NCBI RefSeq assembly: GCF_030684315.1
Contig: NC_081362.1
Span: 64,708,586 to 64,772,585, forward strand
Direction: 5' to 3'
From: Stegostoma tigrinum
Taxonomy: Eukaryota
DNA: 64,000 nucleotides
Of the stretch, positions 1 to 13,563 are shown one piece after another; the first letter of the stretch is position 1; each line of letters opens with the position of its first letter. The notes beneath the pieces are model-generated. The model ran no database searches and was not told the origin of the DNA. It saw only the letters and a program-made list of their open reading frames with translations. The translations under genes and the position numbers were made by a program.

Positions 1-705
1 CAGTCAACATCTCAGGCTATGGACTGTGCTGAATCTTGAGACAGAAAGGCACTACTTGTGAGATTCTCCTAGTACGCCTGGTTAATCCGCACTGCATGCT
101 GCCCTCGAAAAAGCTATAAGAGAGTTAAAAGCTGTCACACACTTCCTTCTGGAATGTACCTTTGCAAAGTAAATCTGGAAAAACATGCAGTGGCTTTTGT
201 TGAGGTTTGTCCCAAGCAGCTCCATGACATGGGACTCTGTGTCCTGCACGCTGTTCGCTGGGATGCATACTGAGACAAATATCCACTGTGCATAGACGAC
301 CATCAACTCAATAGGGATGCTCTTTGGTCTGCCTGAAACTTTTTGGTCTTCCAGAACAAGGGGTTGACCTCGATCAAGTATTGCAGACTGGCACAGTCCA
401 AGGTCTAGGAGTACAGGTTGAGGGATGCACTAATTTTGGGCAGCTGCCGCTAAGGCGCGGTGGGGAAAAACCCCTGTCTGAGATCTTCCTGCCAAAGTAC
501 AATGGGGCTGTCTGCTCAGTTATTGGACCATCCCAATGCCTCAAATGTATGTAAATATAATCCAGTTCAAGTAAAAGTTGCCTTTGGATTGTTTAGATTG
601 AGTCAAATTCCAATATTTGATGTTTCTTTGATATGATGCAGTATAGAACCAAGCTGAATTTGTGATGAATAAAAGTATGTTTTGAAATAATAAAAAAAGA
701 AAAAT
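1..705 (+). mobile_element. 3' end of a degenerate Tx1/L1-clade LINE (ORF2 C-terminal Cys/His region, 3' UTR, A-rich tail)
   Basis: Manual translation from ~131 gives AVTHFLLECTFAK*IWKNMQW...TINS/DALWSA*NFLVFQ, the zinc-finger-bearing ORF2 tail typical of Tx1-like elements, with stops and a frameshift. AATAAA at 668-673 is followed by an A-rich run to ~705. Confidence 0.75.
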
Positions 706-2914
706 TCCTCTTTCTGAATTTGAAAAGTAACTAAGACCAGGGCCTGAACTTTAGGGGGTGGCCTAACTATTTTCCTCTTCCCAGATGAAAGTCAGTCCTG
801 AGCCAACTGACTTTAAATGAGGCCATCCTGATGCAAGAAGAAGCGTTGAGGACTTCAGGAGGTGAATGTCAGATTACTGTCCTTTAGTGGGAGAGAGTTC
901 CATTCCCATGAGTTGTCACTTAAGGGTCTTGATAGGCCCAATGTCAGGTGCCACTTTTGTTGTGTTATGTCTTGCAGCACATATGTGATGTATCTTGTCA
1001 TCACCATTTCATGGCACATGGCCTGGTGGTGTAACAGTCCCAGTGTTCATTTTACAGAATCCTCTTGTAGCATAATATGCCGAGGGAAGTGATCCATAGT
1101 ACATTTAAATTGCTTAGCTTGAACTCGGACACAGGCTCCTGTTACTGTGGTGTGCATATGTAGATATTAAGTATTGTTGTAAAAGATGATGGAATTTTTC
1201 AGTACTAGGTGATCTGTGTCTCATTTTTGTATCATGAAATCTAACATAAATATTGCATTACAATAGTTGCAGATCATGAGTTATCACATTATGGGGGCAG
1301 TGTAGCATCAGTAACTATTCATGACAGCCTCCTCACGAAAGATTATACAGCTCTGGATTGTAAATCATTTAGATGACCAATTGCAATGTATGTGTGAGGG
1401 TAGAACTCCAACTTAAATAGCTAAGATGCAGATTTACCTTCTTTCTACTTCAAGTTCATGACCGATTAGTCTAGAAACATTTTATCTCTGTCAAAAAAAT
1501 GTTTCAATCTGCTTCCCACCATAAAAGTTCACGTTCAGTGGCTTAGAATTTTTATCGATTTAAAAAGAAAAATTGGCAGTCAAAAGGCTTTCTACAGGCT
1601 TAGAAGTAACATTAGTAGTCAAAAGATATTATTGACTAAAAGACCACCATTCCTATTAAACAAAATGACATTTTAAGTACAAAGAAGCGATTTTCAAATC
1701 TGAAGATTTTGTACACTAATCAGATGGCTCCACCATTTTGTTTCCTTCAATTGGGTGCCAAACCTGATGTGAAATCATTAGTTCAATTCCCTGAAGTGGC
1801 TGAAACCAGCTTTAATGGGTCTTTATCTCTGAAAGAAATAGATCCACGCTGAGCAAGAATTCTTAAAGGGGCCACAACCATGAAAAACAAAGTAAAATAG
1901 AAGCAAAATAAGGACAACTATAACAGCAAAACAGCAAACTAAGAAAAAGAAATGAACAAACGGGTCGTGAGCTCTACTTCTGCTCTAAGACGAAAAGCCA
2001 CAGACTTTCAACGAGAAATGAAAGCAAACATTTAATTAAGGATTTGACATTTTCTCTGAGATACAGTATTGTAGTAACATATATGGCTTTATTTTAATAG
2101 ATCATACCATAAATGATCCAGCGAGGAGGTCTCTGCAAGTATTATTTGTTCTCAGTAAGGAAGGGCTTTGCAGAATAAATGCATTCCAGTCCTTCTAATA
2201 AGGTGATAAAAAAAGATCCAGAGGAAATTTGAGAGTACATGATGACCAGCTGAAGGAATGAACCAGATTAACAGACTTTAGCTCATGTCAATTGATGAGT
2301 CTGTTGCCAGCTGCAGCAGTAAAGAGTATGTGTTTGGTTTGCTGACAATCTCGCAGAGTGGCTAATTGAATGGGTAATTGCCTGTATCATCAACAGATTT
2401 AAAAGTCCTGAGTATTGCAGTCTAATAACAGGACAAATCAGTGTCCAGAGTGCGATAACGTTTAGAATATGTCCACATTTCTTATTCTCTTACTTTTTCT
2501 TGCACAGCTCTTTTTCTCCCTTTTCATTCTTTACACTTGGGCATGCCTTTGTCTCAATAGACTCAACTTACAAGCTCAGGCTATCAACAGGAACTGCAAT
2601 GCTATGTGTGCACACTGATGAATTAGTGCTAGACTGTAGCAAAGTATATTTCTAATCTATATATGTTTAGTTTAGGACTCAATGTGTTGCTTACCTTTGG
2701 CTTTTATTTTGCATCTCTTTTGACTCCATGTGCCTAATGTACCAGGTTTTGCTGTGAAGAGAGATGGAATAGATTTATTGTTAGACACAGATGAAAAATG
2801 TTGTCGACTGTAAAAAGACAATTTTTTTCATATAGTTGACACCCATTCGTTGAAATGAGTTTTAAGAATATATTCTCAGGAAGTAAATATAACTTCCTCT
2901 GGTAAGATTTGTTG

Positions 2915-3270
2915 CTTATCCTTAGTTGCCCCAAGAATTTGATAGTAGATTTCTTCTTAGTGTCTGTTTGTACAGCTGACTGACTTACTAATCCAGGCCA
3001 GGGAGTATTAAGAATTCACTGCATAACCTTTGCTAGAATGTAGACCGGATCGGTGATGGTTGGCAATTTCACTTTGTTGAGAGACAATTATCCAATTTCT
3101 TTTAGAATGATCTGATAATTTTAAAGATTGCCAGTTTTTCTCTGGAAGTGGTCCACAAATTAACAGAATTACTAAATGTGGCCTCATAACTTGCTAGCAA
3201 AAGATTTAAACCCACGACTTTTAAGATACTAATCCAGGATTATAACAAGCATATCACAATACCCCCACTC
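2915..3270 (-). mobile_element. Highly degenerate tRNA-derived SINE, same family as 29735-30078
   Basis: Patchy colinear similarity to 29735-30078, judged by eye (ttaaga..tca, gatttaaaccc, aatccag..taata). Confidence 0.4.
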
Positions 3271-6200
3271 TATACACTTTATTAGCAGCTACTTTAGGTT
3301 TGATGTGAGGGTGGCTTTAGGCCTGAGCTCTAATTATTCAATATCCTTGTCTTTTCTTTGCCAAAGATTGAGGATGAGCTGAGCTTCAGCAGTAGATGAC
3401 TGCCAGTAGCTGTTCAGAAAGGTGGATAATTTATTTGCTGAATCCCAAGCCTTGGCAGCGAGGCTGGCAACTGTTACAGAGACTGAATAGAAAAGATGTG
3501 TTTTACAGATGGTAGCACATCTTTCTGGGTCTAACTGTTTTTTAGGTTTGTCTGCCGCTAATTCTGGAAGAAATCTCAAAACCTTACAGATCCCTTGGGA
3601 TCCCACATGTACTTACGGGAATGAGCAGAACTGAATTTGTAAGGCTATGCTTTAGAGGACTGATTTCATGGTTGGATGGTCTCCAGGAAGATCAGCATTC
3701 AGAGTTGTGAAACTGTGTGTTTGCCTATTCTTTCCCATCCATGTAACAGATGGAAAATCAGGAGCTGGAGAAGGAAATTTCACAATCAATACTCACTGTA
3801 TGCATTGTTCATTGGGAGGTACCCGATCAGGGAATTTGCTCTTAAAATGATAGAATAAATTGAATACGTTTATACTGATTTATTTAATTATATTTATATT
3901 TATCGTTTATGTTTGTAATTTAATTATTTATTTACAATATTTATAATTACTTTTATAAATACAAATCTTACATTTATAACCTATATCTGTCATGTTAGCA
4001 ACTCTTTTAAAAGGTTTTGCAATGGTGGGAAAATCGCCCACAACCATCTCAAACACTTTGAAACTGAATGGTTTACACCTCATACATGAAGGATTTTTAT
4101 CACAGAAACAGCTCTGTTAATAATTCAAGTCAGAGTAATAATTGAAGTCTGCTTCTAGTTTGTACGAGCATGTTTTTCATAAACTCAACAGTGCTGTTTG
4201 TCCCCATGCCACATTTTTGAGGAGAGGCTTGTATGTTTCTCCATCTGAAGGCGGGGACCGGAGCAGCCTTAGTGACTCCCAACAGGGAAAAAACGGTTTT
4301 TGCTCCCAAACTCATTCTATGGAAATTTGAAGCCACAATAAATCTTTGAACAAGCTCAGTCCTGACAAGAGATGCCAAAACTGTGTGCTTTCAAAGGTTT
4401 CTGCATTTCTCAAGTGCTAATGTGGTTGTTCAGCAGTGGCTGCTTAATTCGTGGTTATTAAAGTCAGCAAAAATAATGACTTACTGGTTTTAATGATTTC
4501 TGTGGCTTGAATAAATAGTGATCTGTAATTGAGTTCTGTGGAGTTTTTTTTGGCCGTGTTTTCCAAATGTCACAATAGTGATTTAACCTATAGCAGGATC
4601 AGTCCTGTTTATTGGTGTTTGCATAGGTGTCTCCAATTTAGAAGAGGGTAAATCCAGTTATCATTTAGCAGAGAGCTGCTCAGAGAGATGCTAGCCGATA
4701 AAGATTTGATAGTGATCCTTGCTACCAATAAAAGCTCTTTAATGTACAACATCGACTACATTTTGATGTGACTACATCAAGGCAATGTAATTCTACATGT
4801 TGAATTTTTTCTGGAAGTGAATGACACTAGAAATTATTGAGCATAGTTAGTTCACATATTTGACTGTAGGACAAAGAGATTATGGTCTGTAGGTTCTTAA
4901 TAGCATGACCAGGCATGTTAGATTATCTTGGCACTGTAAACAAAGGAAAATTGGATGTAGTCTTCCTTTTTCAACTTCCCTTGAATATTTGATGAGACAT
5001 TGTTAGCTCTGGTTGAGCTTATTGATAGAGGTCTCATCACATGATTTTCTGCCTCAAACTGGTTAAGTTGTGTCAGACTTTCTGGGGAGTGACAATTATG
5101 TGCAGATTGCTAGTCTACTTTTAAAAAAAACATAACGAAAGAGTTCCAGTCCTTCAGAAATGCAGAGCCATTTTTTCCTTCTGACAGGCATCTCGTAGTG
5201 AAGGGCAGTTGGAGAAGACAAACTGTTCCCACATTTTCACATCTGTTGCTGTGTTCTCATCCAAAAAGTCCAATATCACAGACAGCAACTTTGACGGCCC
5301 CCACAAAGGGTCAGCACAAAATGCAAATGTGAAGGCGGGTGAATGCCAGGTGGGTGGAGAGTATGGAGCCTGGTGGATTCGGGTAATGTGGCATATGGTT
5401 GGGAATAAGCTGCCAGGTCAGTCAGGTATTAAGTGGGTAGGTGCTAATGTGTCATATGGATAGAGTGCCAGGTAAGTAAGGCATCTGGTAACAAAGGGGA
5501 CGCAGTTAAACGATGGAGTGAAGAGCATACTTCAAGGTGGATGGGAGATATTGGTTCTGGCAGGTGCAGGGCTGTCAGGTCTAGTGACATGTGAGGGTTG
5601 CTGGGTCCAAGGCAGTGGACAGGGCTTCGGACCTAGCAGCAGGTGTGGATCTGATGATGGGGTTAATGGTTTGGTGGATAGAGAACGGAGTTTGATATCA
5701 GGAGGAAGGTGGGGTATATGGGGTTGTTGTGACTTGCGGTTGGGGAGGTAGTGAGTGGCATGTCCCTGGGGTGGGCTGTATCATGTCTGGTGGCTGGGTG
5801 TGTTTGCATCTAAGGATTAGAGGGATGTGTTTGGTCAGAGTCTGGGTGAGGCATAGTTGGGAGTGGGAGTGGCATCTTGGATATCAGTCCAGTTTCATGG
5901 TTACTCAGATACTATTTGCTTAAATGCAGCAGAATGCTCCAAATTTAACAATTTAATCGGATACTGTCTTAGTTCCAAGCCAGGGAAATTGCCCAGTCAA
6001 ACCTTCAATTTCCTGTGTAATTCCGTCAGAGGTTGCTGTGTAGGGGATTCCATGCAGTCCCAATATCTGACTCCCATCCACACTGCAGATGCTATTGCCT
6101 GGCCATCAGAAAATCTGGGCCTAGGGAATGTCTGTCATACAATTGCAGATCTAAATGTAGGCTCCAATACCATCCTTACACATTAACATTTGTCCCCAAT

Positions 6201-6754
6201 TGTGTTTTCTTAGTTCGTTTTCTCCCTTTCTGAGGATGATGAGTTCTTAATCTGGTTGACTAGCTGCTCATCTTCTGTGAAGTTTGATTTCGCACCTAAA
6301 GATAGGAATGTGTGCCAAAGCCCAACATTATAATCCATTTAGTCCTTATTTCTTGCACAATAAAATTGTCCTCTCTTTTTAGTAAAACATGTTATTCCAT
6401 TTGATTTCTCCAACATAGAACTAAAGCTTCCATGAATGAAAGTTTTAATTTATGGAATTGCAGTCAAAAGGCTAATTCTTACTTTTCGATCATTAAATTG
6501 TGAACTTCTGATCACTTCAAAATTGATTAGAATGATAACTAACATGAGAATGCGAAAGGGAAACTAATGGCTTTCCCTTCCTTCACTGAATTACACAAGC
6601 AGCTACATTTGCAAGCCCTTTGTGCCACCCATCGGCCCATATACTCAAGAAGCTGTACAAACACTATTTTTTTGATTGTGGACTTAAATGGGAAAATGAC
6701 TGCTTTAAAAAAAAGATGGCTAATTGATAATTGCACTTTTGAAAACAAGTATCC

Positions 6755-7534
6755 TGTCACTCATTGTAAACGTTTACACAGCTGCTTGTAGTTGAGGTAT
6801 AGTTTGCAGATGAGCCGGAGCCAAATGTACACATATGTACACATGGAGATTCAGCTGGCAACATGTAGCTGATTGGTCTGTGAATTAGAAACTGTGAACT
6901 AGGTAGTGAGAAGCCTCCGGGTCGCCTATCAGATCCCTTTGTTCTCTAAAGTAAAAGCTATGCTAAGCCTGAAGAAGACCACTTTATCTTTTCTTCAACA
7001 GTTGATGTATGTAGGGACTTTTAAGTAATAAGTACCTTTTGTAATTGTAAACCAGCCACTTGTGTTTCTTGCAAGCCAATGAATGAATCCAGAGAAGGAA
7101 GGCTGAGAAACAATGTTCTGATCAGCACAAGAAACATCTTTAGTGAAGTTAAGTTTCAGAAAAAATTATGTGAACAGAGATCACTGAAGTACTTGGCTTA
7201 TTTACCTCTGACCGTAACAGTAAAGATTTTGTGCGTGTGTGTGTGTGGCTGTATGTAAGTCATGGTGAATTTATAAGGGGGTTAGAAGTTTAACAAGTAG
7301 TATTATATGCTGATGGTTCATAGTTGTTTACCTGTGCTTAGAGTCTAATTACTTGTAATAAATAGTAATGCTTGTTAAGTACAGAAAACTGGCCAATGCT
7401 TTCTGTCAACCTGGGTCCAAACAATCAGTTAAAATGGGGAATTTTGTGTACTTCTTGAAAATCTTTGGTTTTTGTAGTGACTCTGGGAATACCAGGGTTT
7501 GATGTCCGGTGCATGACCCCAGTAAGGCATGACA
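6755..7534 (+). mobile_element. Probable solo LTR
   Basis: Termini TGTCA...TGACA form an inverted pair; internal AATAAA near 7357; no TSD seen. Confidence 0.4.
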
Positions 7535-10500
7535 GTTGTTTATCTGAATATTACAGGCTGCACTTCCAGTACATTTTGTCCATTCACACCGATGGGTGGA
7601 ATGTTTCTGGCAATGTACCTGTGAAAGTAAGTTATCCCTGCATGCGAGATTCCATGAATGGCATGAAAATATGGCTCACAGATCCAGAAAAGCCCAAATT
7701 TCCACTGTGGAAAAATCCTTCTTAGATGGCTTCCATAAGCTATGTGGTATGATCAGAAACCTAACAAATCTTTTGGAAAAGTTTTTGTTTAGTTTCCAAG
7801 CCTCTTATTGGATGCAGTTTATGCACAACTGGGGAAAAAACATACAGCTGTTGCAATTTAGGCATTAAATATAGTACCTTCTCCCACATCCTTCGTTCGT
7901 CATTGCTCATTGGCTCCATTCCCAGTTTGTGATCTACAACCTCATTGAACCCCTTTGTTTATCTGGTTAACTTTTTGTATTATCATAAAAGCAGCAATGA
8001 AAATGTCAAACTTTACAGAGCAGTTTGAAATAGTGAGCACATATCAGATTGTAGATCCGAGGTTTCATGAATTTGGTTAACAGTGTGTTCAACCCTGGAT
8101 TCCACTTGGTTACTGGCCAATGTTTCAAATCTGATTTTGAACACGTGGAATAGGTTTCCAAAAAAGTTTAAGAATACTCCTGTGATCCTATTGGACTCTC
8201 ACATATCATGGCTCCAAGCCTGAGATGAAATCACCCACATTTATGAATTATGTTCTCTATGTAATACTGCCAGTATGATAAAACAGTGATAACATACCTT
8301 CATAAATGCTGCAAAAGGGCAGTGATAGTTTGGCTCACCTTCAACTCCCCAATATACCCTCATATTAATAGGCAGTGAATTATATTTTATCATGTAGAAA
8401 ATGTATATTGAGCATTGTTGTCATACAAAAAGTAAAATAAACTCATTTTCCAGTGTCTCAGTAGATTTAGTTTATTCTGCTATGATACCAAACTATATAG
8501 ACCAGGAAGTTTCAGCACTTAATCCTTAGTCAATGCTGAGTTCAAAATAATTGGCCTGAATAGTGAAAGGAAGAAATCAGCCAGTGTTCCTGCTGTTGCC
8601 TGCTCACCTTATGCAAATATCTCAAATTTAATAGAAAAAGGAAACAACAAAGTTGATGACTAAAAGACTACGGTTGGGCATGGTGCCATCTTGAGAAAGA
8701 ACAGAATGTGTCTCTTCTTTAGCATCAGCAGTGCTGCAGGATAGCTGTCAATAGAAGCTCCTGTGAGTTGTGAGCTCTGCTGACTTAGTTAACCACCTGC
8801 TCCGCTCACTGGTTCAAGTTTTCCATTGGCCATTACAAGGATTCCAACACTGGTTGAATCCAACTGTTCCATAATCTGGATCAGTATGCCAGGCCTCATT
8901 CGGAATCAACTCAGAACACCTATGAGTTGCTGATATAATTAGTCTGCTGCTATTGTCTTCTCCATCAATGTTATCAACTCAGTTGTTGAGCTCCTTCCTG
9001 TTATTTCTTAGGTGATCTCTACGTACCACCCTTTCTCCTCTACCCTAAAGCTGTGCGTAATTTCATTAGAGCCATCTAACCCAGCCTCTGACCTACGCAT
9101 GGAGCCTGTGTCTATGCATGAGCATAAATGCTTCTCCTTCAGTAAAGCTGTCCTCCTTTTCCACTGCTCAGCCAAGGCATAAGTGGAATAAAGGAACAGA
9201 TTGTCTTGGGGTAAGCACAGAGAAGGCCTGTTGCAAGTGTTGCATTTGGTCATATGAACCACTGCAATTTTACAGCTTCTAGATATGTACTGCAATTTTA
9301 AGATATGGTTTTTTAGTTTGAACATATTTATGCACACAACAAATGAACTTTAAACTATATGACCACATCTGGAGAACAATTAGATACATACTTTCATCGG
9401 AAGCCAAATCCACTTACCCAGCTTCATGTAACCAATTTTGTTGTACGAATGGTTTTCAAGAAACAGAATTTTACTTCAGCTGTCGCTTTTATCAACAGTA
9501 CTGAGACAGCTGCCTTCATGCTGATAGTAATGTGACTAATTTCCACTCTGAACTGCTGTTCCTCGTAAATCAAGTTAGGGAAGCAAAACAGTTACAGGCT
9601 GATCGCGTTAATCTCAAGAGTTTACAGAGTAACAGAAGTGGAAAGCTGTTTGACGTAGAATACGGTACCATTTGATTTATTGTGACACAGCAGAGTTTGC
9701 AGTAACAGACTAAAACAATCCACAGCTCTGTATATGTTCACATTATGAGATGGGCACCATCACCAGAGAGACAAACTGATAATTGACAGACAGAGAAGAA
9801 AGATTTGCATTTTGACATAGAGACAACACTTTTGGAGCTAGATTCTAATGCTAGGCCCATATGAGGGCCTGAGCTCACCAAGTGTGCTGACCACTACAAC
9901 CTCCCTGGATGCTGTGTGTTCTATCAGAGGACCAGCTATATTGGCAGGCTGTCAGGCCTACTGAGGAAGGAGGTGTGGCCAAGACAGGTTTGCAGCATGA
10001 GGCTCTCTCAAGCTGTCTGCATCGAAGTGATATTATACTTAAAGAAATTTGAAGCTTGAAGAGTCATTGGGATGGAGGGAAAACACTTCACAGACACATT
10101 CATTGGCACAGCTGAAGCCTGTTGCCCCTGTGGCCTTGTCATTATGGCCAGATGCTATCAGTTGCAATTGCCCCTGATCTGCCATTGGAAGGCTACCTCA
10201 ACTGTGCTGACAGCCCTTCACAAAAAAAATCACGAAGCAGATTCCCACTAATTTTATCAGTACCCAACGCTCCAAACTCCACCATCCTCACCTCCAAACC
10301 TCAGTCCCTGGGACCAGGAACCTACAACCTCAGTGTCTGCAGCTTGCTTGTTGGCATCCTTCCAAGAGAAATTGTAGCATCAAACTGCTTAATTTACAAA
10401 TATGTGGGAAGACAGAAAATTTTTACCATTTACAGTGATATTAAAGCCTGCAGAAAATGAAGCCCCTTTCACAGACAGTAACTGTGTTTTCATTCATTTG

Positions 10501-11384
10501 CAGTACAAAATGTACAGTGAAGACAATGGTATTTTATATATTTCTTAAAAATATGCACACGATGACCAATTCGAATAAAAGGAATAAAATCTGGGAGATG
10601 ATAATCAGGTAGGTGAATAATATCGATGACATAGCCTCAGAACAAAGTTAAACTTCTGGCTGGATGATCCATCACGTGTACAAGCCAGTATTAGCACTTC
10701 GACAAGAAGGCAAACACAGAGAGCACCTTCATGAACATCTGAATACAGGGTTTTAAATTTAAAAAAGTTTCATGTCAATGTGGAGTTCCTGAAACTCAGT
10801 ACTCACTTGTGCCCATTGGGATAAAAAGAGCCTTTTTTGAAATGGCACTATTTTGTTGTTTTCTGTCTTCTTTTGAATTCATCATATTTAGGAAAAGATT
10901 TAGTTACCCATTCCCACTAACTCAGACTTAAGCTACCATCACTTGTTTCATTTCTTTAGTGGTGGCAATACAATGGATTCTGAGCTTTGGAGTTCCCTGT
11001 CTAAACTTTTGCCTCTTTTAAGACCCTCCTTAAAAACCAATTGGTTCTCCAGCCTAGTGATCATCCCTTCCAAAATCTTCTTTGATTTGCTACCCATTTT
11101 CATCTACCTGGACTTCTCTGAAGAAACATTTTGCTACATAAAAGCCGGTAAGATTGTAGTTGTCAATTCAGCATTGTCTTCTTCTGTAAAAATAGCAGAA
11201 TAGAATGGCAGATTAACTTTTGTGTATAAATATACACAACATTTCTCCCGAGTTGATATGTCAGTCAGAAAGTGTTTGGAATGGAATCCTTTTAAAAAGG
11301 TCAAGATAAATAACTCTTTGCAATAGAGTTAGGAGTTCCATGGCTAGCTGCAAACTAAGATAATCAAATAATTTGCATTGATCA

Positions 11385-11897
11385 TCAGAATCATTGAGTC
11401 ATAGAGATGTGCAGCATGGAAAAAGCCCTTTGGTCCAACTTGTCCATGTTGACCAGGTAACCTAAATTAATCCACTCCCATATGCCAGCATTTTGCCCAC
11501 CTCACTCTAAACTCTTTCAATTCATAAACCCATCCAGATGCCTTTCGAATTTTGTAATTGCACCAGTCTCTGCCACTTCTTCTAGCAACTCGTTCCATAT
11601 GCGCACCATACTCTGCAAGAAAACGTTGCCCCTAAGGTCCCTTTTAAATCTTTTACCTCAACCTGTGTCCATTAGTTTTGGACTCTGCTACTCTGTGGAA
11701 AAGATCTTGTCTATTTACCCTATCCATGCCCCTCATGATTTTCTAAACTTCCATAAGATCTCTGACACTCCTGGGGAAATAGCCCCAGTGTATGCAGCCT
11801 TTCCCTATAGCTCAAACCCTCCAACCCTGGCAATATCCTTGTAAATCTTTTTTGAATCCTTTCAAGCTTCACAACATTTTTCCTATAGTAGGAGTCC
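11385..11897 (-). mobile_element. CR1/HER1-like LINE, 3' fragment
   Basis: ORF 11720..12070(-) contains YRKNVVKLERIQKRFTRILPGLEGLSYRERLHTLGLF, the CR1 ORF2 C-terminal motif; repeat-like tail at ~11385-11410. Confidence 0.85.
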
Positions 11898-12526
11898 ATT
11901 AAAGGTATAATTTGTGTGTGTCGCAGGCTAGGAATGATGGGCTGGTATATTCTGTAGTGTTGCTTGATTTCCCCCAGGAAATGGTGCAAGCACTGGTTTC
12001 TACATCTTCGATGAAGGAGAGGACTTGTTATGCTCATTGCCTGTACATCACTTGAAGTCCTGCTATACATGGCTGTTTTTCAGCTGGACTGATGAATAAA
12101 ATGCCCCAATTGTTATGGGAAATTGCTTTAATTGAGATTGTTGCCAATCAGATCGTAATTGTAGCCTATAGGATCCATAAGATCTGCAGCAGAAGACAGG
12201 GAAATGCAAAGGGTATACCAGGTCCCACTCCCTCCCAGCATTTGCGTGCAGTCAATAGGGAAGGGCTATTTCTTTCCACAATTGCTTTCACTCTGCTGCC
12301 TAATTAGGAGTGATTATATCTATAGAAAACTATTGCTTGTAAGCCTTGGTTAGTCATTATTCTGCATACCTTTAGATTAATCAGAAAAGGAGGGAGCAAG
12401 AGCTTGTTACATATGTCACACTAACACATCTCCCAGGCATCTAAAAAAGTACGTTGTATGCAGTGAGTTAATTTGAATTGTTGTTATGTGTGTAAATCCA
12501 CCAGTTTTTATACAGATATATTCAGA

Positions 12527-12663
12527 AATAAAGCAAAGGCTTGTGGGATCCTAGAAATCTAAAACAAAACAGAATTTTCTGGAGAAACTCAATAGGTCTG
12601 GTAGCATCTGTGGACAGAAAGCAGAGTTAACGTTTTTAACCCAATGAACCTTCTTCAGAACTG
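12527..12663 (-). mobile_element. Solo PLE terminal repeat, family 2, with degenerate hammerhead motif
   Basis: Reverse complement reads AGTT-CTGAAGA-AGGTTCATTGGGTT-AAAAC-GTT-AACT followed by cagatgctaccagacct...; homologous to 23829-24050, 24800-24920, 49556-49653 and 51650-51898. Confidence 0.65.
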
Positions 12664-12795
12664 AGTCATATACAGACAGTCAGATTCCATAAACAACAAT
12701 GAAAGGACTCATTAATTAGCTGTTTTTCTCCCCCATGGCACTGGTTACAAGAAGATTTCTTATCAGAACAGCTGCAAAACCATTACTTTTCTTCA

Positions 12796-13004
12796 GAGAT
12801 AATGGGAACTGCACATGCTGGAGAATCTGAGATAACAGTGTGGTGCTGGATGAACACAGCAGGCAATGCAGCATCTTAGCAGCACAAAAGCTGACATTTC
12901 GGGCCGAGACCCAATGAAGGGTCGAGGCCCAAAATGTCAGCTTTTGTGTTTCTAAGATGCTGCTTGGCCTGCCGTGTTCATCCAGCTCCACGCTTTGTTA
13001 TCTC
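12796..13004. mobile_element. Inverted pair of PLE terminal repeats (family 1), non-coding
   Basis: Two arms matching the 3' end of the PLE at 31980-32101, in opposite orientation, centred ~12913; flanked by ACTTTTCTTCA (12785-12795) and ACCTTTCTTCA (13005-13015). Confidence 0.85.
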
Positions 13005-13234
13005 ACCTTTCTTCAAATACCGTTTCATCAAAATGATGATCATTGAAACACACACTTGGTAGGATATTGAAAATTCTGAAATGGGATTCAAACCCATATC
13101 TATCTTTCACCTCATGAGATAATCTGACAGGAGATTGTTCTGTGAGGTTATTTAGCAAATCATTTTGCATTTGTAAGATACTTTCCTCACTGGAGAGTCA
13201 TGTTGCTCGGGGCAGCAATGTGTTTCAATTGTTG

Positions 13235-13563
13235 GGGGTGGCTCAGTGGTTAACTCTGCAGTCTCACAACAGCGGGGACCGGGTTCAATTCCATCCTCAG
13301 GTGACTATCTGTCTGTGTAGAGTTTGCACATTTTTCTCATATCTACATGGGGTGTCCCTGAGTGCCCTAGTTTCCTCCCACTGCCCAAAGTTGTGCAGGG
13401 TAGGTGGATTGGCCATGCTAAATTGCCAACAGTGTCCAGGGATACATATTCTAGGTGCATTAGCCATGGGAAATGCAGGGTTACAGAGGAGCTCTTTGAA
13501 AGGTCAGTGTGGACTCAATGGCCAAATGATTTGACTCCACACTCTACGGTTTCCATGATTCTG
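13235..13563 (+). mobile_element. HE1-type V-SINE
   Basis: A-box-like GGTGGCTCAGTGGTTA, B-box-like GGGTTCAATTCC, central gtgtagagtttgcacatt...tttcctcccac...ggccatgctaaattgcc domain and a CR1-derived tail. Confidence 0.85.

Noticed and set aside
3870-3980. Very AT-rich tract
   Set aside because: Low-complexity sequence with no periodicity or bounded structure.
5040-6121. G-rich tract and a possible terminal motif (aaaatctgggcc) suggesting a non-autonomous DNA transposon
   Set aside because: I could not identify a matching left TIR or TSD; too decayed to support a call.
9840-10440. Possible second Harbinger transposase remnant
   Set aside because: Only vague similarity; no catalytic motif could be translated.
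13235-13300. tRNA gene (also at 30000-30078 and 51530-51600)
   Set aside because: A and B boxes are present but continue into SINE bodies, and no full cloverleaf is evident.
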